Below, in pieces: positions 35,964-49,927 of a DNA stretch of 64,000 bases. The first letter of the stretch is position 1. The number at the start of each line of letters is the position of its first letter. The translations under genes and the position numbers were made by a program. The stretch comes from Octopus sinensis (Eukaryota). Under the pieces are notes generated by a model that worked only from the letters and a program-made list of their open reading frames with translations, was not told the DNA's origin and did not search any database. The stretch lies in assembly GCF_006345805.1 (NCBI RefSeq), contig NC_042999.1, forward strand, positions 166,780,001-166,844,000, read 5' to 3'.

Positions 35964-37510
35964 ATGTGGTGTCATTGAGACCCAAAGGTATCAGGTAATG
36001 TTGAATAGTGCTATAGACAGACCATAGTTAAGTTCTAGGTTTGCTGATTTTGGGGTTCAACGTTGGTCATATGTCAGCGTGTGTATACAAGAATTTTTTG
36101 CGTAATGGAAATAAAAAACCAAGGCTGTGTTGATAGAACATTTATAGATAGAAGGTCTTACAGCTGTTTTCAGGATATTTATTAATTATATCTCTTCATC
36201 GGAGATGGTGTGAGAGGATGGTTAAGTAATAGTTAATTCAGATAGGATACAGAATAGAGAGTGATGGGGAGGAAATAAAATAGATGTGAGATATGTAGGG
36301 ATATTGAATTGTAGATCCATTTTTTAGGCAGAATGGTATACATATAAGATTCCAATACCTCAATACCTTATGAGAAAAATCCAATAGTATTTAAAATTGT
36401 TCATTCCAAGTATAGAGTTTTTATTTAAAGTGACCTAAAAATAGGGAGTGTATAAGTAGGGTCAAATCGAAAACAGGAAGAGGGGAATAGAGAAAGAGAA
36501 AAAGAAGAGAAAAAAGAGAGAGAAGAAAGAGAAGAAAGTAAGAAGAAAAGTAATAAAATAATAAAAAATAAAAAACCTGAAGAGAGGAATAAAGGAAAGA
36601 AGGAAAAAGAAAAAAGGAAGATATAGATAAGTTAGTGGTCAGTGGAGATAATTTGAAAGTAGGGGTGGGGAGATAAGGGGTGATAGAGAGAGAAAGGTAT
36701 TAGAGTGTAAAAATATTGAAGGAATGGGGGGTGGTGGTAAAAGGTAAAGGAGTGACAAATGTGTAGCGGTAGGGTCTAAGTGTAGGGGCAGAGAGAGGGG
36801 GTTAGTAGTATGAATGAAGAATTAAGGAATTTATATGGTTTAGCAGTTCAGTGCTTAGTAATATAGGAAAATATGTATGTGAAGATGTATAGATATGTAT
36901 ATATCAGACATGTATGTATATATATTTATACACATGTTTATATCTCAATATTCACACATACAACTCTTACACATACAATCCTTACTCGCATGCATATGCA
37001 CACATGCGCACTCACGTATTTCGATTTGACCCTACTTATACACTCCCTATTTTTAGGTCACTTTAAATAAAAACTTTTGACTACAACATTGTGTATAAAT
37101 TCTGTACTTGGAAGACCAATTTTAAATACTGTTGGATCTTACTCATAAGGTATCGGAATCTTACACTGTGTAGAAACTCTATACTTGGAATGAACAATTT
37201 TAAATATTGTTGGATTTTTCTCATAAGGTATTGAGGTATTGGAATCTTACACATATACCATTCTGCTTAAAAAATGAATCTACAATTCAATATCCCTACA
37301 TATCTCACATCTATTTTATTTCCTCCACCTCACTCTCTATTCTGTATCCTATCTGAATTAACTATTACTTAACCATCCTCTTACACCGTCTCCGATGAAA
37401 GGATATAATTAATAAATATCCTGGAAACAGCTGTAAGACCTTCTATCTATAAATGTTCTAATACCTACACAGCCTTGGTTTTTTATCGCATTACGCAAAA
37501 AATTCTTGTA
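35964..37510. mobile_element. Family X element: inverted arms (~36087-36470 / ~37019-37510) with variant hammerheads
   Basis: The arms are reverse complements. CCGATGA..AGGATAT/ATATCCT..GAAAC-AGCT-GTA-AGAC lies at 37388-37439 (+), with a mirror at 36155-36206 (-). Confidence 0.7.
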
Positions 37511-37742
37511 TGCATATGTATGTATATATATATATATATATATATATAGTTATCGCCAGGCTAACATCGCCGTCCAGGAGAATAGGTCGAATGCTGCCGT
37601 TGATTAGCTTCAAGAGGCCATCGCCTCTACCTAGCTATTTAACATTTGAACCTGTGCTCATTATAACCTTCGAACAGGGGAGGTCAGTGGCTTCCCCTTG
37701 ATGGTCTGGCATCTACAAACTAGTTTTGTGGTATTTGCAATA

Positions 37743-37975
37743 AGGCGGTGAGCTGGCAGAAATGTTAGCACGTCGGGCGAAATGCTTAGAGGTATTTCAT
37801 CTGCGTTACGTTGTGAGTTCAAATTCCGCCGAGGTCGACTTTGCCTTTCATCCTTTCGGGGTCGATAAATTAAGTACCAGTTACGCACTGGGGTCGATGT
37901 AATCGACTTAATACCTATGTCTGTCCTTGTTTGTCCCTCTGTGTTTAGCCCCTTGTGGGTAATAAAGAAATAGGT
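37743..37975 (+). mobile_element. SINE family B
   Basis: Full-length match. Confidence 0.85.
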
Positions 37976-38034
37976 ATTTGCAACTTATCAATGTAGAGCA
38001 GCCGAACCCAGCAATTCTTTTCTTTTATTCCTCT

Positions 38035-38412
38035 AATTGCTTCAGTCATTTGACTGCGTTCATGCTGCAGCACCGCCTTTTGTCGAGCAAATCGACCCCA
38101 GGACTTATTCTTTGTAAACCTAGTACTTATTCTATCGGACTCTTTTGTCGAACCACTGTTGTTACAGGAACGTAAACACACAAGCATCGGTTGTTAAGCG
38201 ATGTTGGGGGGACAAACACATACACACAAACACACTCACGTACATATATATACGATGGGCTTCTTTCAGTTTCCGACTACCAAATCCACTCACAAGGCTT
38301 TGGTCGGCCCCAGGCTATAGTCTAAGAAACTCGCCAAAGGTGCCACGCAGTGGGACTGAACACGGAACCATGTGGTTGGTAAGCATGCTACATACCACAC
38401 AGCCACTCCTGC
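38035..38412 (-). mobile_element. SINE family A, diverged
   Basis: Collinear match. Confidence 0.85.
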
Positions 38413-38509
<97 letters not shown>

Positions 38510-38518
38510 ATCTATCTA

Positions 38519-38564
<46 letters not shown>

Positions 38565-38633
38565 CGTCTTCCGTCCGTCATCCATCCATCCATCCATCCA
38601 TCCATCCATCCATCATCTATCTATCTGTCTATG

Positions 38634-38702
<69 letters not shown>

Positions 38703-38911
38703 GTCTATTTATCTGTCTGTCTATCTATCTCTGTATATATATACATAAATATATATGTATATAAATATATACATATATATATAAATATATATATATATAT
38801 ATTTATATTATAAATATATTTATATATATATTTATATATATAAATATATATAAATAAAAATATATATATAAATATATATATATATAAATAAATATATATA
38901 TATATATAAAT

Positions 38912-38944
<33 letters not shown>

Positions 38945-39574
38945 AATATATATATATATATTGTTATATTTCGGAATGGTCATATTGCCAGTTTAGCCAA
39001 TAAAAATACACGCACTATATATTTGGTGCTATTTTGCTTCAGTGTTATTTATTTTTTACATTAATCTCAATCTTATTTCGGCCAGAGTTCTTTCGTCGCA
39101 CTCCTATGACCGCAACAGTGGTCCTTTGCTTTCTTCTTTCTTATTTGTGTGTCTCTCCTTACTAACCGTCAGCCATTTTGTATTTCTATTGTATGTCTTC
39201 ATTTGCGCATGCTTATATCTCTATGTGCGTCTATGTTTATTTAGTGTGTGTGTGTGGGGGGGATGCCTGTAATATTTGTATCTTCTGTTTATATATGTTC
39301 ATGTAATTTGTTTTTGTTGTTGTTGTTTATTCTTATTTTGTTCATGTGTTTACATCCACTTATTATTATTATTATTATCATTACGTATGCTTGTATGCTT
39401 GTATGTATGTATAACAACAATACTAGTAATAATAATAATAATAATAATAATATAATAATAATAATAAAAATATTTTAAATTAAACAAAAAAACTTATATA
39501 GTTATTTATTTCTATTTGTTTATTTATCTGTGTATTTTATTTATTATGTTTTCGGTTTTGTTTATATTGTAACC

Positions 39575-40398
39575 AGTTTATGGGGATCCTCTACCGTCAT
39601 ATGTTGTGGTGTGTGCCAGTGTTCCATTCCAGTTTCCTATTCAGGCTAGGTTTATCTTCTATTATGTGTGTAGCTTCTGTAATTTGTCTAATTGTTGCAT
39701 CTGTTCTATGTGTGGACAAGATTTTAACTTCTATGTTGTTGATTGATCCCCCGTGTTCCTGTTCGGCGTGTTGGTACAGAATCGATGAGCTTTTACCTTC
39801 CTTAAGTTCTCTCCAATATCCATTTACCCGCTCTCCTATGCCGTTTCCCCTACGTATGTTACTGTCTTGTTACTGCATCATCCTTCTATACATCTTATAC
39901 TATAGACTACATTTCTGGCATTACAGTTTGTTTGTGGGCTAAATCTACACACAGTACAGTACCTATACGTACAGGGGGTTCTACTAAAAGGGTAGGTTCT
40001 ACCGATAATGGATTTGATAGGGTTGCCTGGCTTTTCAACAACCTTAATCCTTAGCTTAGTCTAGGGTCCTTCTAAAGCAGTACGCCAGTTCACCTCCAGG
40101 GGCGGTGTCAACGAACATGACACTCTGGTATTTACGGCTATCATACCAAGAGTTGGCCTTCCCTATTTTCTTTTTTGTCCTTTCTATAGTGTTCCATGAC
40201 TTGTTCCTATAGAGTGGGCAAATCCCATTCCTATTATTACATAATATATTATCAAATTTCTTCATGGCTCCTTTGTATACTCTGATCCTTTCTTTATGGC
40301 TGTAACCTGAGAACTGCATGCGGTGAATGAAATTTTGTATGTGTCTCTTTAACTCTGTAGGCTCGCACATGCGGGACACATTTCTCATTATTCTGACG
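39575..40398 (-). mobile_element. Penelope-like element 3' part: RT thumb/linker plus GIY-YIG endonuclease
   Basis: ORF 40056-40388 (RMQFSGYS..PLYR..W..ER..WY..VMFVDT) is followed by C..C...NVVYSIRC...TYVGET...ER...LYQH...EATHIIEDKPSLN with stops. Confidence 0.75.
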
Positions 40399-40399
40399 A

Positions 40400-42257
40400 G
40401 GTGAAACCACCTCTGATACGTGGCACATGGTCAACAAAGGAGTTCGATGCCGCTGCCCGCATCTGTATCTCCTGTCGAGAGGTAGGTTCATCTGGAACCC
40501 CTGACAAGAAGAGATTCAATTTAGTTTTAAAGAAACCCACATCAACACCATGCAAGTCTCTCAGGCATTTAGGAAGGATATTGAAAACTGTGGTCCCCTG
40601 AAACCCAAGCTGTTGCAGTATCTGGTCCTGTATTTTGATGGTGATGTTGGGATCTTTGGCACCATGCAGTGGCGCCCCGTTCTGCTATTGGAGTAACTTT
40701 CAATGCCAAAATTCGGGACAAGACTCTCCAGGATTTTCCATATGTATATCACTGCATATCTCTCCCGCCTTCGCTCCAGGGAGAAGAGTTTTAATACTTT
40801 CAGTCTTTCCCAGTAGCTGATATGTTGCATTGAGATGATCTTCTTAGTGTAGCTTCTTTGAATTGCTTCGAGTTCTGCTGTTAGCTTTATATTGTGTGGT
40901 GACCATAGTTTGGAGCAGTAGTCCAAGCGGCTGAGGACGAATGTCCTCCAAAGGACCGTCAGTGTCTCCTTCTCTCTTGTTCAGAAAGTTCGGAGAATCC
41001 ATCCAGCTAGCTGTCTGCATTTTATCACCAAATTAGTAATATGTACTTGGAAAGATGCATCATTGCTCATGTCAATGCCCAGGTCACGCACTGATTTTAA
41101 CTCAGGAATTGCAATTCTTCCCGGGCCAGCCTATCCAGTCTGCATGTCGTTTACCTTTGTGTGCCGGTAGCGCAGGGCCTCGAACTTACCTGCATTAAAC
41201 TGCATGTTGTTGTCCTCAGCCCACCTGTATATTGTATCCAACTCCTGTTGCAGATGTGTAATATTTCCAGAGTTTTGTATTGTGTGGGAGACTTTTGTGT
41301 CATCTGCATAGCTAGCAAGAGTGGCCATCTTAGCAACTGAGGGCATGTCTGAAAGGGCCACTATCAACAGCAGTGGCTACAAGACAGTGCCCTGTGGAAC
41401 ACCGCCTGTTATTTGTGTTTCCTTGGAGGTGGCTCCATTGGTCACAACTGCCTGTCTTCTGTCTTTTAGGAAGTTGTGCAGCCACTCTCCAAGTTTTCCG
41501 CCTATGCCGAGACCACGCAGTTTGTGACAGATACCGTGGTCGACTTTATCAAAGGCTTTTGCAAAGTCGAGATATATCACATCCACACTTGGGCCATTTA
41601 GTAGCTGTTTTAACACCCAGTCATAGTGTTGCAGGAACTGTGTTAGGCAGCTTCTACGTGGTCGAAATCCATGCTGGGTGTCAGTCAGCAAGTCATTTTC
41701 TTCAAGGAACATGATTAGTTTCTTGCGGGCTATTCGTTCCATGACTGATGTGTGAGGTCAGAGAGATAGGCCTATAATTTTTAGCATCTGCTCTGCTTCC
41801 TCCCTTATGGATAGGGTATATTACCCCCTCTTTCAATTTGACTGGGAGCTTACCACTTGCAAGAAAGCTCTGAAAAAGAAGCTGTAGCGGTTTTGCAAGG
41901 GCTCGTTTGCACGATTTGAGAAGGATCGCTAGAAATCCATCAGGTCCAGTAGCTGAGTTTGTGCCAATCTCATCTATGGCCAGTGTGATATCAACATCTT
42001 CAATGTTGATGTACTCAATTTTTCCCTCTTTCTCCACAGGTAAAGTGGCAAAGAATTCTTCTGGGTTGTTTACTTGCCTGTGCCATAGAGGTGTAGTGAA
42101 CACACTTTGGAACTGTTCGTTCAGTATTTCACTTATCCTCGTGGGATTTCCTGTGAGGGAGCTATCTTTTGGAAGAGAGATCCTATTCTCTGGCGCACTG
42201 TACCTGTCTCTTTGGCAAACTTAAAGAAAGCTTTAGGGTTTGACTTGATATTTTCTA
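40400..42257 (-). mobile_element. CR1-type LINE reverse transcriptase fragment
   Basis: [55 protein letters not shown] and LDYCSKLWSP in ORFs 41702-42103, 41377-41742, 41131-41367 and 40561-40926. Confidence 0.92.
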
Positions 42258-42325
42258 TATATATATATATTTTCTCTCTCTCTCTCTCTTTCCCCCTCTC
42301 TCTCTCTTTCCCTCTCTCCCTCTCT

Positions 42326-42372
<47 letters not shown>

Positions 42373-42446
42373 AATATATATATATTATATATATATATAT
42401 ATAATATATATATATATATATAATATATATATATATAAATATACAA

Positions 42447-42491
<45 letters not shown>

Positions 42492-42543
42492 ATACAAATA
42501 TATAAATATATATATATAATATATAATATATATATATACACAA

Positions 42544-42594
<51 letters not shown>

Positions 42595-42736
42595 CAACAA
42601 TTGAGGGTAATTGTCTGAGAGAAATTATCTGAGAGAATTTTCTTTAAGTAGTAGAAATGCTAAGAAAAATTTTTTGGGCTGCTACTTCTATTAAGTTCAG
42701 TATGTGGCAAAGTAATTTATTTTACTAAGCCCTAAT

Positions 42737-42830
<94 letters not shown>

Positions 42831-42843
42831 TACATACATACAT

Positions 42844-43064
42844 ATACCAGTAATTATTAAAATATATAACGTAGAACATAGAAAGTAGGATAGTTTCTTA
42901 CAGCTGTTTCAGTCAAGAGGTCATAGTACCCCACTTTACTACCATACCTTCAGTGAACTGAAGTATTTGGGAGATAAGATTAAGTTACTTGGGTGTGTCT
43001 CTGGGCTTCGTGACAGAGTTTAGGAAGTTAATAAGGTTAAAACACACACACACACATATATATA

Positions 43065-43106
<42 letters not shown>

Positions 43107-43206
43107 CACCCAGCATGGATTTCGACCAGGTAGAAGCTGCCTAACACAGTTCCTGCAACACTATGACTGAGTGTTAAAACAGCTACTAAATGGCTCAAGT
43201 GTGGAT

Positions 43207-43250
<44 letters not shown>

Positions 43251-43604
43251 CCAAGAGAGTTAGAGGTTATGAATCCAACCCACTAAGGGATAATATCTAT
43301 CTAATATATTGCTGGCAGAATACCCAATTATTAATACACAAGTGTTTTCTCATTGCGTGGCAATTACACTACTGAATGTAATAAATGGGTGAGGGTAAAA
43401 AGTTGTTTTAACCTCATTAACTTCCTAAACTCTGTCACGAAGCCCAGAGACACACCCAAGTAACTTAATCTTATCTACCAAATACTTCAGTTCACTGAAG
43501 GTATGGTAGTAAAGTGGAGTACTATGACCTCTTGACTGAAACAGCTGTAAGAAAATATACTACTTTCTATGTTCTACGTTATATATTTTAATAATTACTG
43601 GTAT
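42844..43604. mobile_element. Inverted-repeat element (arms 42844-43043 / 43404-43604) with decayed hammerheads
   Basis: The arms are near-identical reverse complements, each with GAAAC-AGCT-GTA-AGAA; the upstream core reads GTCACGA instead of CTGANGA. Confidence 0.75.
43104..43210 (+). mobile_element. ~105-bp CR1 RT chip between two (TA)n tracts
   Basis: TQHGFRPGRSCLTQFLQHYD*VLKQLLNGSSVDV; inverted near-copy of ~41578-41685. Confidence 0.85.
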
Positions 43605-43734
43605 TTTTATATATCATATTTGTAAAGCTTAATATGTATATTATTATAACTACTTTTTAAAAAATAAATCAATAGACATAATATGTCTAAAAGTTGATGA
43701 ATACCACCTCTTGATCCCCTCCATTTCTTGTTGC

Positions 43735-43777
<43 letters not shown>

Positions 43778-43820
43778 TATACATACATACATACATACAT
43801 ACATACACACACACATATAT

Positions 43821-43880
<60 letters not shown>

Positions 43881-44015
43881 TAACCCATAAGGGTGGATGC
43901 TACTGTAGTTTGTAGCCCCAGGAAGATACCTCCTCCAGCTGGCTATAGACACACTATCTGTGTCCTGTCAGTATTTGTGAAGGGAAGTCATCCTCCCCGT
44001 CTTCAACACATGATA

Positions 44016-44060
44016 CACACGTACCCGAGTTTCAAGGTCTTTACCTTTCATCAGCGTGTG
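44016..44060 (-). ncRNA. Type I hammerhead ribozyme, intact
   Basis: Reverse strand CACACG-CTGATGA-AAGG-TAAAGA-CCTT-GAAAC-TCGG-GTA-CGTGTG: 6-bp stem I, 4-bp stem II, quasi-palindromic stem III. Confidence 0.85.
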
Positions 44061-44267
44061 ACAATCATGGTTGTCGATAAGAAGTCAGATCCCCTCACAA
44101 ATACATATACTTTTTCCAGTGTCGATTTGACTCTGATGTTGAAAAAGTGAAATCAAACAATGATAAATTTCACTTTTTCAACATCAGGGTCAAATCGACA
44201 CTGGAAAAAGTATATGTATTTGTGAGGGGATCTGACTTCTCATCGACAACCATGATTGTCACACGCT
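44053..44267. repeat. 101-bp-arm hairpin, 2 mismatches, 13-nt loop
   Basis: 44053-44153 versus 44167-44267. Confidence 0.95.
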
Positions 44268-44356
44268 TCGAGTTTCGAGCGGAGCTCTTCGTCAGAAACA
44301 TAGGAGAAGGAAAGATCCAGAGAAGGGAAGACAGAGGAAAAAAATCGCCAACGGTC

Positions 44357-44464
<108 letters not shown>

Positions 44465-44581
44465 GTATATGTATATGTATATATATATATGTAATATATA
44501 AATATGATTTTGATTGATTTTGATTTTTCCAGTTTCAGCTATATATATAATATATATATATAAATATACAAATATATATAA

Positions 44582-44612
<31 letters not shown>

Positions 44613-44677
44613 ATATAATATATACATAAATATAAGTGTATCTATAAATATACAAACATATATATATAAATATACAA

Positions 44678-44725
<48 letters not shown>

Positions 44726-44799
44726 CATATATATATATAAAATTAGTAATGCAATACGAGAGTATTGCCTTTCCAGTATATATATATTTTCTAATACTT

Positions 44800-45139
44800 T
44801 TTCAGTCATTTTGACTGCGGTCATACTGGAGCACCGCCTTTAATCGAGTAACTCGACCCTGGGACTTATTCTTTGTAAGCCCAGTACTTATTCTATCGGT
44901 CTCTTTTGCCGAACCGCTAAGTGACGGGGACATAAACACACCAGCATCGGTTGTCAAGCAATGCTAGGGGGACAAACACAGACACACAAATATACACGCA
45001 CATACACGCTTCTTTCAGTTTCCGTCTACCAAATCCGCTCACAAGGCTTTGGTCGGCCCGAGGCTATACTAGAAGACACTAGCCCAAGGTGCCACGCAGT
45101 GGGACTGAAACCCGGAACCACACAGCCACTCCTGCGCCT

Positions 45140-45140
<1 letters not shown>
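44800..45140 (-). mobile_element. SINE family A
   Basis: Match with a small deletion in the head. Confidence 0.85.
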
Positions 45141-45184
<44 letters not shown>

Positions 45185-45188
45185 AATA

Positions 45189-45322
45189 TATAATACAAAT
45201 AAGAAATTGGAGAAACAAATTTAGTTTGTTCATCAACCTTACGGATATTATAATGTTAGATTATAATCCGTAAGTTGATGAACAAACTAAATTTGTTTCT
45301 GCATTTTCTTATTTGTATTATA
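45189..45322. repeat. 134-nt AT-rich hairpin
   Basis: TATAATACAAATAAGAAA..AGAAACAAATTTAGTTTGTTCATCAAC..TTACGGAT pairs with its downstream reverse complement. Confidence 0.85.
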
Positions 45323-45689
45323 AATTTACGGTAGAAATATACATATAAAGATATCAGGGACTTTTCGTCACTGGAAAATGGATATATATATTTGCAGTGG
45401 GAACAACTTCACATCGACAACCGGTGATTGTCACACGCTGATGACGGATCAATACCCAGAAACCCGGCTCCCTGTGTATCACGTTAAGTTGGATATGGGA
45501 AGGATGACTTATCTTTGCAAATACTGATAAGGCACAGAAAGTGTGTCAATAGCCAGATGGTGATGCGTTCCTGGGGCTACAACCTACAATAGCATCCACC
45601 CTTAAGGATTAGCCACATTTAAGTGGCAAATATACTTCACGATGTCGTGCAGCTACTGTCTATCCTTCGCTCAGAGATTTATTATTGCT

Positions 45690-45723
<34 letters not shown>

Positions 45724-45851
45724 CTATAATATATATATGTATATAAGAAAGAATATATATATATATCTATATATATATCTATATATTATAATATATAATA
45801 TATATATATATATATATATAGATATATATATATATTCTTTCTTTTATTCTT

Positions 45852-46172
45852 TTATTCTTTTACTTGTTTCAGTCATTTAACTGCGGCCATGCTGGAGCAC
45901 CGCCTTCAGTCGAGCAAATTGACCCCAGGACTTATTCTTTGTAAGCCCAGTACTTGTTCTATCGGTCGCTTACCCAACCGATAGGTTACGGGGATGTAAG
46001 CACACCAGCATCGGTTGTCAAGCGATGTTGGGGTTGGGGGCAAACACAGACACACAAACACACACACAAATAAACACACATATATACGACGGGCTTCTTC
46101 AGTCTGCCAAGTTCACTCACAAGGCTTTGGTCGGCCCGAGGCTATAGTAGAAGACACTTGCCCAAGGTACCG
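45852..46172 (-). mobile_element. SINE family A (3' two-thirds)
   Basis: Collinear match. Confidence 0.85.
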
Positions 46173-46201
46173 CTTGTGCCTATATATGTAATATATATAT
46201 C

Positions 46202-46259
<58 letters not shown>

Positions 46260-46261
<2 letters not shown>

Positions 46262-46640
46262 TAGGCGCAAGTGTGGCTGCGTGGTAAGAAGCTTGTTAAT
46301 CAACCACGTGGTTCCGGTTCCAGTCCCTCGGTGTGGCACCTTGGGCAAAGTGTTTTCTACTATAGCCTCAGGCCGAACAAAGCCTTGTGTGTAGATTTGG
46401 TAGACGGAAACTGAATGAAGCCTGTTGTATATATATATATATATATATATGAATTGGTGTTTGTGTTTGTCTCTCCTCCATCGCTTGACAGCCAATCTTG
46501 GTGTGTTTACGTTCCCATTACTTAGCGGTCGGCAAGAAAAACCGATAGAATATGAACTAGGTATACCAAAAATAAGTTCTGGGTTCAATTTCTTCGACTA
46601 AAGGCGGTGTTCCATCATCGCCACAGTCAAATGGCTGAAA
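46260..46640 (+). mobile_element. SINE family A, diverged
   Basis: ATAGGCGCAAGTGTGGCTGCGTGG head and collinear body. Confidence 0.8.
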
Positions 46641-46679
46641 CAAAAAACTATGTTAACCCACCCAAACACAAAAGAGAAC

Positions 46680-47330
46680 ACTTTAGTCACGTTGTGCCAA
46701 AGACCCAGACAACACTGCTCGTTTGCTACTCGTTTGCTACTTGTGTTGGATGCAAATGCATTGAAGACTGGAGTCTGTTGATCTTGTTGCTTCCTTGCAT
46801 TCTCTTTGCAGCTCTCTACTTCTTTCTTCTCCAATTCTATTGCGCCAAAGACACTCAAGTGGTTTTTACTACATGTATAATAACTAAGCCGTTTGCCCTA
46901 CACAGTCGGATTCACGCTCTTTGTCTCGACGCTCTCAACTCAGCACAACTCCAGTGGTTTTCGCAGATGGAAGATTGGGACTTACTCCTCCCGATCACGT
47001 TTTACTTATCGTTACTTCTGTGTTAACGACTTGCTCATAAGTGACGACCAGCCACTGTTAAACATCATTGCTAATACCCATGAAGGCTACCTTCCTATTT
47101 CTCTGCTCAAATAATGAGGCACAAGAGTATGGGCAGCGCTCTATATATTTCAGCCTGTATTTTGACATAGATCCTAAAAATACGACAGGCAGTCCCATAA
47201 TCTTTATCCTCTCAATCGAGAAAATTTCTCCGGATATCTCGCGCTATTTTCTTCTAACTGTTGTTTGGTTGTGAAGTAGAAACTTCCACCGTACTTCTGT
47301 AAGCACAGTGGTATTGATCTCTCTTTGTGC
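46680..47330 (-). mobile_element. Highly decayed LINE 3' region, possibly RTE-like
   Basis: GAIELEKKEVESCKENARK resembles the RTE C-terminal helix; upstream frames are broken. Confidence 0.35.
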
Positions 47331-47779
47331 TTCATTGGATTAGACATTGGGGGAAAAGAACCACTGATAGGTGTTACAAAATTCTTTCAGTTGATTCTTT
47401 GTTCAGGAAATTTTGTCCATGTAACAGCAAAAGCAAAACTGGTTCCTTTAATATTCGTGGTATCTGTTATCTTTTCTTGTTTCAGTTATTAGACTGCGGC
47501 CATGCTGCGGCATTGCCTTGAAGAAATTTTAGTCTAGTGATTTGACCTCAGTATTTATTTTTGAGCCTGGTACTATCTAACTCTTTTGCCGAACAGCTAA
47601 GTTCGTCTTTATGTTCTGAGTTCAAATTCCGCTGAGGTTGACTTTGCTTTCATTCTTTCGGAGTCGGTAAAATAAGTACAGTTGAACACTGGTGTTGACG
47701 TAATTGACTTAACCCCTCCCTAGAACTGGCTGGTTTCGTGCCAAAATATTAAGCCATTATTATTATTATTATTATTATT

Positions 47780-47815
<36 letters not shown>

Positions 47816-47964
47816 ATTATTGTTATTATTATTATTATTATTATTATTGTTGTTGTTGTTGTTGTTGTTGGTAAGCTGGATGAGTTGTTAGAGCTTCGGA
47901 GAAAAGGCTAGCCATATTTCTTTCGACTCTTTAAGTTCTGAGTTAAATTTTATTTTTATTCAAC

Positions 47965-48560
47965 ATGTCTGATAATGGATGTGTTTGAGAAAAAACAAGA
48001 AACTGAATCAATTCTAGCCATACAGCAAAACGTCATTACAATGAATTTGATAAAAACAAAGACTGATAAAACTCAGTTAAACTGCAAATATAGAATGTGT
48101 GGAAAAGAGGATGAAAGCTTATCTATCTTCTGAGCAGTATGCTGACGCAAAAAGCGTATAAACGCTGGCCTGAATGCATCTCAGTGGACTGAGATGCTAG
48201 CTAAGCCTGTAAACTTGAAGTGACAGAAAAGTGGTACAGACACGATTCCCAGGCTGGTAGGGTGAATACTGATTACAGGAATTTATGTGGTTTCTGCATA
48301 GAAACTGATCGTACCTTTAAAGTAAGAAGACTAGATATAATATTGGAGTAAAGAAAAAAAAATATGTAAGATTATTGACTTTGCCTTCTTATAAAGAATT
48401 TGTATTCTCTAGGAAATTGAGAAAATTGAAAAATATTAGATCCTAGCTTGAGAAATAGAGAGATTATAGAGCAGAGGTGAGAAAATGTGTTGTCAATGAA
48501 CCTCAGAATAATATTTTTGTTAATTAAGCTAGCAAGCAGTTGCTTTTGCTCAATAACAAT
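47965..48560 (+). mobile_element. R4/Dong-like LINE C-terminal fragment
   Basis: KQETES..IQQNVIT..K..KYRMCGKEDE and EIEKIEKY motifs; preceded by (TTA/TTG)n at ~47757-47870. Confidence 0.65.
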
Positions 48561-48599
48561 CAAGAAGTGCCTGAAATGATCGAACGCTAAAACTATCGA

Positions 48600-49884
48600 T
48601 CCTCTCTAAATTGCAAAGAATTCATCGGTGAGCATGATTAACGCCATGAACCCTTTGAAGTAAACAAACAGGTCGGCTCCAACTCAAAACGATTTTATCA
48701 AGAACTTGGTAGAAATAAAATAGAAATCAATGTAGCGCCAGCAGCAGGGAAAGAAGAATTTTGTTGGGGAGTTTAGGAAGCGAAGATATTCCCCTTGGAA
48801 AAGATTGGTAAAAACAACGAACACAGCATCTGAAAAATCATGCATGGCCATAACAACGGAAAAAGAAATCCAGACATTGCAAAGCCAAACTATTGTAAAG
48901 CACTAGGACATGATTAGATTGCTAGCTTCTGGTTAGACTAAATAGTCTGGCAGAGAAGTTTAATGAAATACTGACGGAGTTGTAGACAACACCTGACTGG
49001 CGCACCAGAGAGAATCTTAATCCCCCAAACTAAAGAAACCATAGATACTTAAAACTACGAACTCATAACCTGCCTTCCTACAACCAGCTAAGCCTTAATA
49101 GCAATAATATTACAGAGATTAAGCAAACATCTAGAAAAAATTTGTTTAGAGGGAGGCAGATGGGGTTTTGTAAAAACTTATCTAGTTGTAAAAATCAATT
49201 ACTGTAGCCAAAAACTAAAGGAGAAAGACCTGAGCAAAGATTGATTGTCAGATAGCTTTGGACAGTATTCTAAACACATGGATCCTAGAAACACTAGTCA
49301 TGAATTAGATAGCGGCAATAAAAAGAAAATACACGATACATGTCATGAATAAAGGACGAACAATTTTACAGATGCAAACAACTTGGGAGCTTATAAAAAA
49401 TAGACCGATCCTCATTAGAAGAAGAAACTGGAAGGGGATTGCTCTCCCCATCCCTTTTCTGCCTGCTGGCATTAGAAACAAATACTAGTGTAAGACAAGC
49501 AACCAACACTTGTGTATGAATGATCTCGAACTAATAAGCAGCACATGATAAGCAATAAGAAACACTACTGCAGATAGTTCATAGATTTATCAAAGAAGCT
49601 ATAATGAGATTCGGCTTTGAAAAATGTGCCAAAATGATCTCGAAGAGAAGAAAATTAAGAGCGCTAATAAGAGAACACTGGCCATGAAACGGGAAAAAGA
49701 ATTACTTAGGATCCTTGAACTGGATATTGTCTAACACACGCAAATGAAAGAAAAGTTGAGAAGGCGTGCGCGCACACACACGCACGCACACACACACGCA
49801 CGAACACACACACACACACGCACGCACACACGCACACACACACACATACACACACATACACACACACGCACGCACACACACACG

Positions 49885-49927
<43 letters not shown>

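Noticed and set aside
42330-42600. Irregular interruptions within long (TA)n tracts that might look like a code
   Set aside because: The pattern is consistent with slippage or long-read consensus errors; no higher-order period is evident.
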